Positions 49,361 to 61,100 of a stretch of 64,000 bases of DNA are shown here, in pieces. The notes beneath the pieces were generated by a model. It worked only from the letters and a program-made list of their open reading frames with translations. It searched no databases and was not told the DNA's origin. Source of the DNA: Malacoraja senta (Eukaryota); the NCBI GenBank assembly GCA_038087875.1, contig JAXLNO010003982.1, forward strand, positions 62,001-126,000, given 5' to 3'. The translations under genes were made by a program, and so were the position numbers. Position 1 is the first letter of the stretch. Each line of letters starts with the position of its first letter.

Positions 49361-50134
49361 TGAGTCGACAGGTATTGTGATATGGAATTGGCTGTGTTTG
49401 TGTGTGTGTGTGTGTGTGTGTGAGAACTACTCTCGGATAAGTGTTGTGTGTGTTTTGTGTTACGCCTGCGTGCCGGATGATTTCGAGTTACAGACCGGAT
49501 CTGGGCCGTAGGTTGCCAACCCCTGATTTAACACAAACTGTTAAAACACAAAGAAGGAAGGGACAGACAGACTGTTGGCGAGACAGCCATTGCTGGCGCC
49601 ACCCAGTGGTTGGGTTGGTTAGTTAGTTTGCAGGCGCCACCAACATTGATGGAGTTGCGAACAGTGAAGAAGGCTGCCCAAGTGTACAATGGGAAATACA
49701 TCAGATACAGAAATGGGCAGAAAATTGCAAATGGAGTTCATTTTGAGCAAGTATGTTACACTTTGAGTGGTCGAATGTAAAGGAAAAGTATACAGTTATT
49801 GGCAAGACCCTTAACAGCATTAATCTACAGAGAGATCTTGGGGTTGAATCTTGGGTTTCTAGAGACAGGAAGTCATAATACAGTTTTATAGGGCTGGGTA
49901 GTCCACATTTGGAGTATTATGTGTAGTTTTTGTTGACCCATTACATAAAGGATGTAGAGGCATTGGAAAGGGTGTAGAGGTTTACAAGAATGATGCCTCA
50001 ACTAGGGTGTGTTGGCTACATGAAACATATGGACAGATATGGATTGCTTCCGCTACAATGCCGGAGTTTGATGGGACACCGGATAGAAGTACATAAAACT
50101 ATGAGAGGTATAGATAGGATAGATAGTCAGAACA

Positions 50135-50460
50135 GGGGCAGTCACTGTGGCGCAGCGGTAGAGTTGCTGCTTTACAGCGCTTGCAGCGTGGGAGACCCAG
50201 GTTCCATCCCGACCACGGGTGCTGTACGTGTGGAGTTTGTACGTTCTCTCCATGACAGCATGGGTTTCCTCCGAGATCTTCGGTTTCCTCCCACACTCCA
50301 AAGATGTACAGGTATGTAGATTAATTGGCTTGGTGTATGTGTAAATCATCCCGAGTGTGTGTAGGATAGTGCTAATGCCCAGGGATCACTAGTCGGTGCG
50401 GACTCGGTGGGCCGAAGGGCCTGTTTCCACGCTGTATCTCTAAACTAAATTAAACTAAAC
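50135..50460 (+). mobile_element. HE1-type V-SINE inserted in a CR1 fragment
   Basis: Full head, V-domain and tail; CR1 sequence before (49630-50130) and after (50461-50600). Confidence 0.88.
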
Positions 50461-51614
50461 TCAACATGGATGGAAACATTAAATACAAGAGGGCATAGTT
50501 TTAAGATGAATGTTTAAAGGAAATGTGCAGGGCATGTTTTTTCACAGACAGTGACGAGTGCCTGGATGGCACTGTCTGAGGTGCGGTTGAGGCTGCTTGT
50601 AAATATATTGTCTTGCCTTCAGAGGTGTTGGGTCAAAATCTTGCAAACCCCTCCAAAAAGTCTGAAACAGTCAAGTTTCTGCCTCATCTCAGTCCTTGCG
50701 ATGAATCTCACACCTAAGCAATAAATTCAGGGTCATCCAGATTGCAAACACTGATGGAAACAAGCCAATTATCATTTGGTGTAACATTAAACTCACAGTT
50801 AAATATTAACAGAAAATAAATATCAGTACATCAAGAAAGTTGATGTTTCATGCTGACTAGGGTGTGGGAATTAGATGACTCGGGAATGGAATTTAGTTTT
50901 GTCTGAATATTTAATGTACCTAGTAAATACACTTAAGATATCAGCAATCAAGTAATTATTATGTGTTTTCACAATCACCACAATAGATCAGTACAACACA
51001 GGAACAGGCCCTTTGGCCCACAATGTCTGTGTTGAACATGATGCCAAGACCAACTCCTATCTGCCGGCACATAATATACCTCCATTCCCTGCACATCCTA
51101 CAACAATAAGGGCAACATGGTGATGCAACACTGGAGTTGCTGCCTTATGTGCCACACAGCCGGGTTTGATCTTGACTATGGGTATGTAGGTTAATTGGGT
51201 TGGTATAAATGTAAACCTGTTCCAAGTGTGTGTAGGATAGTGTTAGTGTGCGGGAATTGGTGCGGACCCTGTTTCCACCCTGTATCTCTAAACTAAACTA
51301 AACTAAATGTGCTAACCAGTCAGTGGAAAGACAATACATGATTACAATCGAGCCATCCATAGTGTACAGATATATGATAAAGGGAATAACGTCAATAACG
51401 TTTGGTGCAAGATAAAGGCAGTAAAGTCCGATCAAAGATTGTCCAAGGATCTCCAATGCAGGAGACAGTAGTTCAAGACTGCACCCTGGTTGTAGGTAGG
51501 ATGGTTTCAGTTACCTGATAACAATTGGGAAGAGACTGTCCCTGAATGTGGAGGTGTGAGTTTTGACAATTGGTTATATGAAGAGTAAAGTTGTTGTTAT
51601 TCTGTTCAAATGAG

Positions 51615-52030
51615 CATTTGACGGCACTAGGCCTCTACTCGCTGGAGTTTAGAAGGATGAGGGAAACCTCATTGAAACTTACCTGATAGTGAAAGGCCTG
51701 GATAGAGTGGATGTTGAGAGGATGTTTCCACTAGTGTCAGCATCTCACCAGAGGGCAAAGCCTCACAATTAAAGTACACTCCTTTAGGAAGGAGATGAGG
51801 AGGAATTTCTTTATTCAGAGGGTGGTGAATCTGTGGAATTCTGCCACAGAAGGCTGTGGAGGCCGTCAATGGATATTTTTTTATGGCAGAGATAGATAGA
51901 TTCTTGAATAGAACGGGTGTCGGGGGTTATGGGGAGAAGGTAGGAAAATGTGGTTTGGAGGATAGGATAGATCAGCCATGATTGATGGGACGAATGGCCT
52001 AATTCTGTTCCTATCACTTATGATCTTATG
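51615..52030 (+). mobile_element. CR1 LINE 3' fragment
   Basis: ggcctctactcgctggagtttagaaggatgagg...gtgaatctgtggaattctgccacagaag...UTR ttatgatcttatgaacttatg. Confidence 0.85.
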
Positions 52031-52135
52031 AACTTATGATTGAGTAAATAGCTGTCTGTAGTATTAACAATGACAAAACAAGTATATAGGTCAGTGTAGC
52101 ATGCTAAAGTCTTGGTAAAACTCATTCAAAAGTAT

Positions 52136-52263
52136 TTTATTAAATGCTCATAATTCAGAAATGACACTGGTGGATATACAATGAAATTCTCAGTCTGTTG
52201 CACATAAAACACTTCCACAGCTATTACACCACAGCTTTGATAATGAGTATTGTTACCTGTGAT
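52136..52263 (-). pseudogene. Candidate terminal exon of class I-like gene B
   Basis: Acceptor tgttttgttgacctgacag|A at 52263; phase-2 reading R-SQVTILIIKAVV* (stop 52224-52226); AATAAA at 52141-52136. Confidence 0.35.
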
Positions 52264-53299
52264 CTGTCAGGTCAACAAAACACAGCCCCCATACGTTACC
52301 ATGTTCCATAAATATTCACAGGACATGGGACTGGGATGTTGTCTATGTGGAGTTTGCATGTTCTCCCTGTGACCACGTGTGATTTCTCCCGGTGCTCCGG
52401 TTTCCTCGCACATCTCAATGATGTACAGGTTTGTAGGTGAGTTGGCCTTTGTAAAATTGCCCTAGTGTATCGAAAGAGGATGTGAAAGAGGGATAACAGA
52501 ACTGGTGTGTTGGATGGTTGGTATCAACTCGATGAGCTGAAGGCTCTGCATCCATGCTGTATCACTCAACTAAACTAAGCAATATTATCTAAGCTGTGGT
52601 GTAGAGCGTGGTTCGTATTGAAAACAAAGATCCTTGTTGACTGGCCCATCAAATACTTGAAGCACTGAGTGAAGCATTAAATGCAAAGGCAATTACTTCT
52701 CCACTACACCATCAGGTATGTGAACAAGGAATGCAGGTTACAGTATGTGACAAAGAGAAGTGGCAAAATAACTAGGAACGAACTGCAGATGCAGGTTTAA
52801 CCCGAAGATAGGCTCAAAAAGCTGGAGTGACTCAGCGGGTCAAACAGCATTTCTGGAGTCTGAACAAGGGTCTCATCCCGAAATGTCACCTATGCCTTGT
52901 ATCCAGAGATGCTGACTGACCCGGTGAGTTTCTCCAACTTTTTGTGTCTATCTCTGGCAAGATATGTATATGATGTTTGAGAGGCTTTTAGATCGACAAA
53001 CTGATCTGCAGGAAATAGAGGGATATGGATCATGTTGCAGTTGGATGGGATCAGTTTAGCATCTCATCATGTTCACCACAGACATTGTGGGCCAAAGGGC
53101 CTCTTCCTGAGATGAACATTTTTATGTTTTATATAAAATAAGATTAGTAATCAGCTGTAAGCCCCCTTGAACAGACTGCATCATTCAATAACTTTATGTC
53201 CAATCTGATTTTGATCAGTTTACTGCATAATTCCTGCAATTTTTGATTCATTTCTGATCTAAAATTCTCTATATCTCAACCTAGAAAATATTCATTCAC

Positions 53300-53346
53300 C
53301 TTGTCTTCACAGCTGGAATAGAAAGTTGAGGCAAATCATACACCTC
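53300..53346 (-). pseudogene. Probable cytoplasmic exon of gene B (47 bp, phase 0-2)
   Basis: Acceptor gatttattttccag| and donor CAAG|gtgaat; reads EVYDLPQLSIPAVKT in frame with the TM exon. Confidence 0.55.
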
Positions 53347-53769
53347 CTGGAAAATAAATCTTCTTCGTAACTATTTTAAAGAGGGACCCAACATGGGAGG
53401 ACTGCCGAGAACAAAGATAACAAAGAGGGTCCCGGGGTTGGGGGGGGGGGGGGCGCGGATAACACAGGTGAACCCAACATGGAGGGGCTGCCGAGAACAA
53501 AGAGGGACCATTGGGGACTGTAATGATTACTTTGTAACTGTGTCGACACCCTATACATGGTGACTTGTGTATGTATACCTTGTGTATGTTATGCAAAGCA
53601 AAGAATTTCACTGTGACATGTCACATGTGATAATAAAGTATCAATCAATCAAATAGGCGACCTTTTATTCCAAAATGTGGCGCAATGTATGACTTTGGAA
53701 TCACAGGGTAACTGCAATGAAGACAGCATTTGAAAAATTAATGGCTGAATGTAAAGTCATCTGTCAGCA

Positions 53770-54262
53770 TTGATACAATAAAGAGCATAGAACAGTACAG
53801 CACAAGAACAGGCCCTTTGACCCACAATGTTTGTGCCGAACATGATGCCAAGACCAATTGTTATCTGCTTGCACATAATCCATATCCACCCATTCCCTGC
53901 ATATACATGTGCCTATCTAAAAGTCTCTTAAATGCCACTATCATATCTGCTTCCACCACCACCTCCAGCAGCACATTCCAGTCACTCGCCACCCTTGGCG
54001 TAAAACACTTGTCCTGCACATCTTTTTTTAACTTTGCCACTCATTGTAAAGCAATACCTGCTCTTATTTGATATTTCCTTCCTGGGTAAAAAGTCTGATG
54101 GTCTACCCTATCTCTACTCCTCCCAGTTTGATATATTACTGTCAGGTCTCCCCTCAATCCCCGACATTCCAGAGAAAACAATCCAACTGTCCAGTCTGTC
54201 CAACTTCTCCCTGTGGCTAATACCCCACTAATCCAGGCATCATTCCGGTAGACCTCCTCTGC
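53770..54262 (-). mobile_element. CR1/HER1 LINE 3' fragment
   Basis: Tail catagaacagtacagcac..caggcccttt, then reverse CR1 ORF2 C-terminal sequence. Confidence 0.8.
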
Positions 54263-54326
54263 ATCCCAAAGGAAGCTGATTGTGCTTCATGGTCCTCTCC
54301 TGGTCTCTGCTGTTGTCAGCTGGTAC

Positions 54327-54460
54327 CTGTTCATTGAAAGGTTTTCTCTTTTTCCTCTTCTTCCAGCAACCAATTCCAAGGATGATCCCCAGGAGAATGA
54401 GAGGAACAATTACAGCTCCAGTCACGATCCTAATCTTCATATCTTCTTTCACTGCCCTCT
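54327..54460 (-). pseudogene. Transmembrane exon of class I-like gene B (134 bp, phase 1-0)
   Basis: Acceptor ccaacag|AG; ERAVKEDMKIRIVTGAVIVPLILLGIILGIGCWKKRKKRKPFNEQ, a hydrophobic span plus a basic stop-transfer cluster; donor CAG|gtacca. Confidence 0.8.
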
Positions 54461-54777
54461 CTGTTGGCATATACAGTGGCTTGCAAAAGTATTCATACCC
54501 CTTGAACTTTTCCACATTTTGTCACGTTACAACCACAAGCGTAAATGTATTTTATTGGGATTTTATGTGATAGACCAACATAAAGTGGCACATAATTGTG
54601 AAGTGGAAGGAAAATTATACATGGTTTTCAAATTTTTTTACAAATAAAAAACTGAAAAGTGTCGCGTGCGAAAATATTCAGCCCCCTTTACTCTGATACC
54701 CCTAAATAAAATCCAGTGCAACCAATTGCCTTCAGAAGTCACCTTATTAGTAAATAGAGTCCACTTGTGTGTAATCT

Positions 54778-55120
54778 CGGGACGACAGATGGCGCAATGG
54801 GCTAAGTGTTCGGCTGGCAACCGGAAGGTAGCCGGTTCGAATCCCGCTTGGAGTGCATACTGTCGTTGTGTCCTTGGGCAAGACACTTCACCCACCTTTG
54901 CCTGCGTGTGAATGTGTGTGAGTGATTGGTGGTGGTCGGAGGGGCCGTAGGCGCAGATTAGCAGCCACGCTTCCGTCAGTCTGCCCCAGGGCAGCTGTGG
55001 CTACAGAAGTAGCTCACCACCACCGAGTGTGACTGAGGAGTGAATGAATAATGCGATGTAAAGCGCCGAGTATTAGAAAGGCGCTATATAAATCCCATCC
55101 ATTATTATTATTATTATTAT
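54778..55120 (+). mobile_element. tRNA-derived CORE-SINE (AFC-like) with an L2-type tail, nested in the Tc1
   Basis: A box TGGCGCAATGG (54790-54800), B box GGTTCGAATCC (54834-54844), CORE gtgtccttgggcaagacact, tail tgtaaagcgc..gcgctatataaat, (ATT)n; TAATCT duplicated at 54772-54777 and 55121-55126. Confidence 0.9.
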
Positions 55121-55201
55121 TAATCTAATCTCAGTATAAATACAGCTGTTCTGTGAAGGCCTCAGAGGTTTGTTAGAGAACATTAGTGAACAAACAACAT
55201 C

Positions 55202-56211
55202 ATGAAGCCAAAGGAACACACCAGACAGGTCAGGGATAAAGTTGTGGAGAAGTTTAAAACAGGGTTAGGTTATAAATAAATATCCCAAGCTTTGAACATC
55301 TCACGGAGCACTGTTCAATCCATCATCCGAAAATGGAAAGAGTATGGCACAACTGCAAACCTACCAAGACATGGCCGTCCACCTAAACTGACAGGCCGGG
55401 CAAGGAGAGCATTGATCAGAGAAGCAGCCAAGAGGCCCATGGTAACTCTGCAGGAGCTGCAGAGATCCACAGCTCAGGTGGGAGAATCTGTCCACAGGAA
55501 AACTATTAGTCGTGCACTCCACAAATCGGGCCTTTATGGAAGAGTGGCAAGAAGAAAGCCATTGTTGAAAAAAGCCCATAAGAAGTCCCGTTTGCAGTTT
55601 GCCACAAGCCATGTGGGGGACACAGCAAACATGTGGAGGAAGGTGCTCTGGTCAGATGAGACCAAAATTGAAGTTTTTGGCCTAAATGCAAAACGCTATG
55701 TGTGGCGGAAACCTAACACTGCACATCACCCTGAACACACCATCCCCACTGTGAAACATGGTGGTGGCAGCATTATGCTGTGGGGATGCTTTTCTTCAGC
55801 AGGGACAGGGAAGCTGGTCAGAGTTGATGGGGGAAGATGGATGGAGCCAAATACAGGGCAATCTTGGAAGAAAACCTGTTAGAGTCTGTAAAAGACTTGA
55901 GACCGGGGTGGAAGTTCACCTTCCAGCAGGACAACGACCCTAGAGCTACAATGGAATGGTTTAGATCAAAGCGTATTCATGTGTTAGAATGGCCCAGTCA
56001 AAGTCCAGACCTAAATCCAATTGAGAATCTCTGGCAAGACTTGAAAATTGCTGTTCACAGATGCTCTCCATCCAATCTGACTGAGCTTGAGCTATTTTGC
56101 AAAGAAGAATGGGCAAAAATTTCAGTCTCTAGATGTGCAAAGCTGGTAGAGATATACCCCAAAAGACTTGCAGCTGTAATTGCAGCGAAAGGTGGTTCTA
56201 CAAAGTATTGA
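55202..56211 (+). pseudogene. Inactivated Tc1 transposase
   Basis: MKPKEHTRQVRDKVVEKFK..GRPPKL..WSDETK..QQDNDP..SPDLNPIENLW..KGGSTKY; TAA at 55277-55279, frameshift near 55830, and a 12-bp deletion after DNDP (D-E spacing 30 instead of 34). Confidence 0.95.
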
Positions 56212-57578
56212 CTCAGGGGGGCTGAATACTTTTGCACGCGACACTTTTCAGTTTTTTATTTGTAACAAAATTTGAAAACCATGTATCATTTTCCTTCCAC
56301 TTCACAATTATGCACCACTTTGTGTTGGTCTATCACATAAAATCCCAATAAAATACATTTACGTTTGTGGTTGTAACGTGACAAAATGTGGAAAAGTTCA
56401 AGGGGTATGAAAACTTTTGCAAGCCACTGTATAGTGCATTTTAAACATTTAGTGATCAATAACAACATTGTAATGATTTTATTATCTAAATTAAAGTAGC
56501 ACTGTTCATATCTAATTAAAAAGTAATAACGTTTTAGATTTAAGTATTTATACAGAGGATGGATGTGCTTAAAATGATCAATGAAAAATCATTAAGTTCA
56601 TATTAGCATTGAGGTATTGAGATTTTATCTGCAGCATTTAATTAAGAATTTAAAGAATCAAGTACGTCAGAAATATATGACTATTTACAGTGTAGAGGTC
56701 AACAAGGCCATTTTCTTATGTTGATGATTGTTATTATAGCAAATAAAAGTGAACCCATTTATAGTTGATAAAACTTCAAAGGTTTTAATCTTTGCTGATA
56801 TTTCAATGATATCTGAGTTTAATTTTCTCACATACACATGCTCTCTCTTTCTCTCTCTCTCCCCCTCACTGTCTCACACACATGAGCCCACACACACATA
56901 CACACATAGGCACACACAGACATTAACACTACTGTCTATTTGTACTGACCAGCAATCTTAACCATGTCAGCTTGGCCCTGGTGTGAAGATCTTTGCAGAG
57001 GTCTTGTCTGGAACAAATAAGTCAGCTACAGAACAGGTGCTGCTACTTCAGCCTGATAATATGGCACCACTATTGGTCTTTTGTGTAACTAGCTACTATC
57101 AGAAAATTAGCTAGATGCCCAAGGAAGAAGATAAGAGACCTTGTCCAGGATCAGCCTATCTTGCTTCCACTGTTCCTACATTTGGATGGGTGAGTTAAGG
57201 GTGACATAAGAATAATTTTGACCATAAGATATTGGAGCGGAATTATGCCTTTCAAGTCCATTGAGTCTACTCCACCATTCAGTCATAGCAGATCTATTTT
57301 TTACCGCTAAATCCCATTCTCTAGCCTTCTCCCTGTAACCTTTGTCACCCGTACTCATCAAGAACCTATCAATCTCTGCTTGAAAAATATGCAATGACTT
57401 GACCCACACAGCTGTTTGTATCAATGAATTCCACAGATTCACCACCCTGTGACTAAAGAGATTCCTCCTCATCTCCATATTGAAGGTAGGTATTTTTATT
57501 GTGAGGCTGTGCTAGACTCTCCCATTACTGAAAACTTCCTTTCCCATCAACTAACCAGGCATTTCATTATCTGGTAGG

Positions 57579-59371
57579 CAGGGCCGGATTTACATATAAG
57601 ATGGACAAGCTTCAGTTTAGGGCCTGGAGATCTAGGAGGGGCTCGCAGAGCCGGATTTACCACTAGGCTTCATAGGCTGAAGCCTGGGGCCCTGAAATAT
57701 AGGGGGCCTCCGGCCAAGGCAGGACACCAGCCGTTCAACTCTGGGCGGGGCGGCCCCCTCTCTATCTCTATCTCCGTCTGTCACTCTCCGTGTCCGGGTC
57801 TCCGTTCTCCGCTCGCTCCTCATCCGCCGGCACGGCCGGCCGCCTTGCACATGCACACTGCTACGGCCAGCACGTCCTCCCCTGCACATGCGCACAACCA
57901 CAGCCCGCACGTCATCGGCCGCCCTGCGCATGCGCACTGCCACGGCAACTGGTCGGCGCTGGGCACTTTCTCCCTCGCTTTGAATTGTGGGAGATTTGGC
58001 CGCCATTGCTGCCTCGCCGCAACCGCTGAAAACTAACACAGAATCACTCCCTGACCCTGGATCAGGAGTATCTCCCTGGAGTAACTCTCGCTTCTGGTTT
58101 CCTGATCCTCCATAAATATTCTAAAAGGAATTTAAACTGGAGGTGGTAGAGGGCTGAACAATAACAGCCTATTGCATTTTATCTATTTATTTATTGTGTA
58201 TATATATGGTCTATGGTATATAAACACACTGAACTTTTATCTCCTGTTCTGTATTATGTTCACATATTCTGTTGTGCTGCAGCAAGCAAGAATTTCATTG
58301 TCCTATCTGGGACACATGACAATAAAACTCTCTTGACTCTTGACTTGGACTTAAGCAAAAAAGGGTTCTTGGGGAAAAAAGAGGTACCTTAAATTTAGTT
58401 GCATCTGGTTGGGTAACTATGGTAGGGTGAAGACTATTCCATGCTTTAATTGTGCGGGGGAACTCCATGGAGCAGCCAGCAACTCAGGATAGAAGAAATT
58501 GGGTGACGTTTCGGGTAGAAACACTTCTTTAGACTCCCTCTGGTTTTAGTGTCTTTAGCTTAATTTGAAGATACAGCGTGGAAACAGGCCCTTCAGCCCT
58601 CCGAGTCCACGCCGACTATTGATCAGCCGTACACTAGTTCTTTCCCACACATTAGCGAAGTAAGTCAAGAGTCAAGAGTTTATTCTCTCACGTCCCAGTT
58701 AGAACAATGAAATCCTTACTTGCAGCAGCACAACAGAATATGTAAACATAGTACTCTGTAAACAATGTTATAAACGAGAAAACAAAACGGTGTATATTTA
58801 TAGCTGTGGTGGAGACAATCGCTGCTGCTACCCGACCCCCGGAGATTCGGAGGCTACAACCGCGGGTCTGGCGGATGGCAACACCGGAAGCCCGTGGGTC
58901 CCCTGGTGGGACACCGCTTTTCGGGGCATCCGCAGCGGCGACTTCTCCCGCCCGAGTTGCGGGGTTGAAGAGCACCTGGAGGGGGGCTTTACATCACCGC
59001 CCCGCGCGGCTTGGAATGGCCGCCGGACTTTGCGAGCGCGCGCCGGGGCTCTAACACCAAGACGCGGTGCGCGACCCTGCATTAACCGGCGTGGCTTTAA
59101 TGGCCGCGGGATAATCACCATCGCCCGCCGGGGGCTTTGACTTTGACTCTGACATCGGGGGGGTGGGGGGGGGGGGAGTGCAGTGGAGAGATACGTTTTT
59201 TTGCCTTCCATCACAGCGCTGTGATGGATGTATGTGTAAATTGTGTTGTGTCTCGGGTCTTCTTCGTTTTGTAATGTATGGCTGCAGAAACGACATTTCG
59301 TTTGGACCTCAACGGGGTCCAAATGACAAATTTGTCCAAAAGACAAATAAAATTGTATTGTAATTGTATTG

Positions 59372-59403
<32 letters not shown>

Positions 59404-61100
59404 CATAGTATATATACCCACACGCACACACACACAATTTCCCTCCTGGGATTAATAAAGTTCTATCGTATAGTATCGTGTGTGTAGGAAGGAACTGCAG
59501 ATGCTGGTTTAAACTGAAGATAGACACACAAAGCTGGAGTAACTCAACAGGTCAGACAGAATCTCTGGACAAAAGGGAAATATTACGTTTAGGGTTGGTT
59601 CTGAAATAGGTTCCTGCACACCTTTGGAATGTGGAAGGAAACAAGAGCACCCGAAGAAAACCCATGCGATCAAAGTGAAAAGGAGCAAACTCCAAACAGA
59701 CAACACCCATATTCAGGATCAATTCCAGGTCTCTGGCACTTTTAGGCAGCAACCTTATGGCCAATGTACAGCCCCATTGTCTTGAACTTAATTAAAACGC
59801 CAAGTGTAGCATTTCCTGCAGTTGCAATGGAAAGTGCCAGGAGAGGGGGTGGTTTGGGTGGGAAGGGACAAATTGACCAGGGAGTTATGGAGGGAGCGGT
59901 CTCTATGGAAAGCCAACAGGGGAGGAGATGGGAAGATGTGGCCAGTTGTGGGATCCCATTGGTAGACAAAAAAGCTGTTGAAAATCAGCGGGTGAGGCAG
60001 CACCTGTGGAGCGAAGGAATAGACGATGTTTCGGGTCGAGACCCTTCTTCAGATTGATGTCGGGGGGGGGGGGGGGAATGACATGAAAAATAAAGGAAGA
60101 GACGGAGACAGTAGGCTGTGGGAGAGCTGGGAATGGGAGGGGAAGGAGGGAGAAACAAGGACTACCTGAAATTAGAGAAGCCTATGTGCATAGCGCTGGG
60201 GTGTAAACTACCCAAGCAAATATGAGGTGCTGCCCCTCCAATATGCGGTGGGCCTCACTCTGGCCATGGAGGAGGCCCAGGACAGAAAGGTCAGATTCGG
60301 AATGGGAGGGGGAGTTGAAGTGCTGAGCCACCAGGAGATCAGGTTGGTTATTGCGAACTGAGTGGAGGTGTTGTGCGAAGCAATCGCCAAGCCTGCACTT
60401 GGTCTCACCGAGGTTGATCATACGCTGAATAATCCAACCACATTTTTTTTTGGAAGTGGAAAGAAATAATAGAAATTGCATTCATTGCAACGTGTAAAAA
60501 GAGTTAAGATACAGTATTATAATTGTGCTGCATGTCATTGTGGTATATATCATGTCCTGATTGGTGAATATGTTTAGTTTGTGGCTTTATTTGAAGCAGA
60601 AATAATATGTGAATGCTTCATTGAGCATAATTCTGACTGGTCGTCCGAGCACATTATCGCACGTGTCATGCAAGCCATCTTAAATAACCACCTAAACTGT
60701 CATTTGGCAACTTAAAAAGCTACCAAGGTTGCCCGGCTGACAACAGAGAAAAAAAATTAAGTGAGAGCCCTGCAAGGTGTATAATATTTTTGACACTGTC
60801 ATAGGCCTTTCTTACATATGCTGTCACAACGCACTGTAGTCTCTAAACAACACTTCAGTAATTTTCCTTGCCCTCCATTTCAGAATAATAGTGTTTTAAG
60901 CCAATAACTCGACACTAGCAGTGGCAATAAATAAATAAATAAAGCCCAGCTTTCCAGCCCCTTATCTCATTGGCCACGCTCGGCTGCAAATCGGTGTCAA
61001 TCTGGTGGACCATCTTCCTCTGGTCGTGGGGGTGGGGGATTGGGGGGGGGCCTCACAAGTGGAACAGCTTAGGGCCTCTCTTCATCTAAATCCGGCCCTG
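57579..61100. mobile_element. Non-autonomous hAT element with nested insertions
   Basis: TIR CAGGGCCGGATTTA at both ends; perfect 8-bp TSD CTGGTAGG (57571-57578 and 61101-61108); no transposase ORF recognised. Confidence 0.92.
59780..60415 (-). mobile_element. Penelope-like fragments in permuted tandem order inside the hAT
   Basis: On the minus strand a GIY-YIG C-terminus (GETKCRLGDCFAQHL..) and terminal repeat are followed by an upstream linker segment (WDPTTGHIFPSPP..CNCRKCYT). Confidence 0.8.

Larger units (their letters stand above)
54474..56429 (+). mobile_element. Tc1/mariner DD34E transposon, Passport-like, with IR/DR-type TIRs
   Basis: About 215-bp TIRs starting cagtggcttgcaaaagt (54474-54688 and 56215-56429, about 9 mismatches by eye); TA duplication at 54472-54473 and 56430-56431. 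Confidence 0.97.

Noticed and set aside
54240-54326. Read-through cytoplasmic tail VPADNSRDQ...GGLPE* in ORF 54240..54515
   Set aside because: The stop lies in an adjacent CR1 fragment; a donor at 54326 and an in-phase downstream exon explain the structure better.
54778-54860. tRNA gene (also HE1 heads)
   Set aside because: A and B boxes are present but they continue into SINE bodies with tails and TSDs; no complete cloverleaf.
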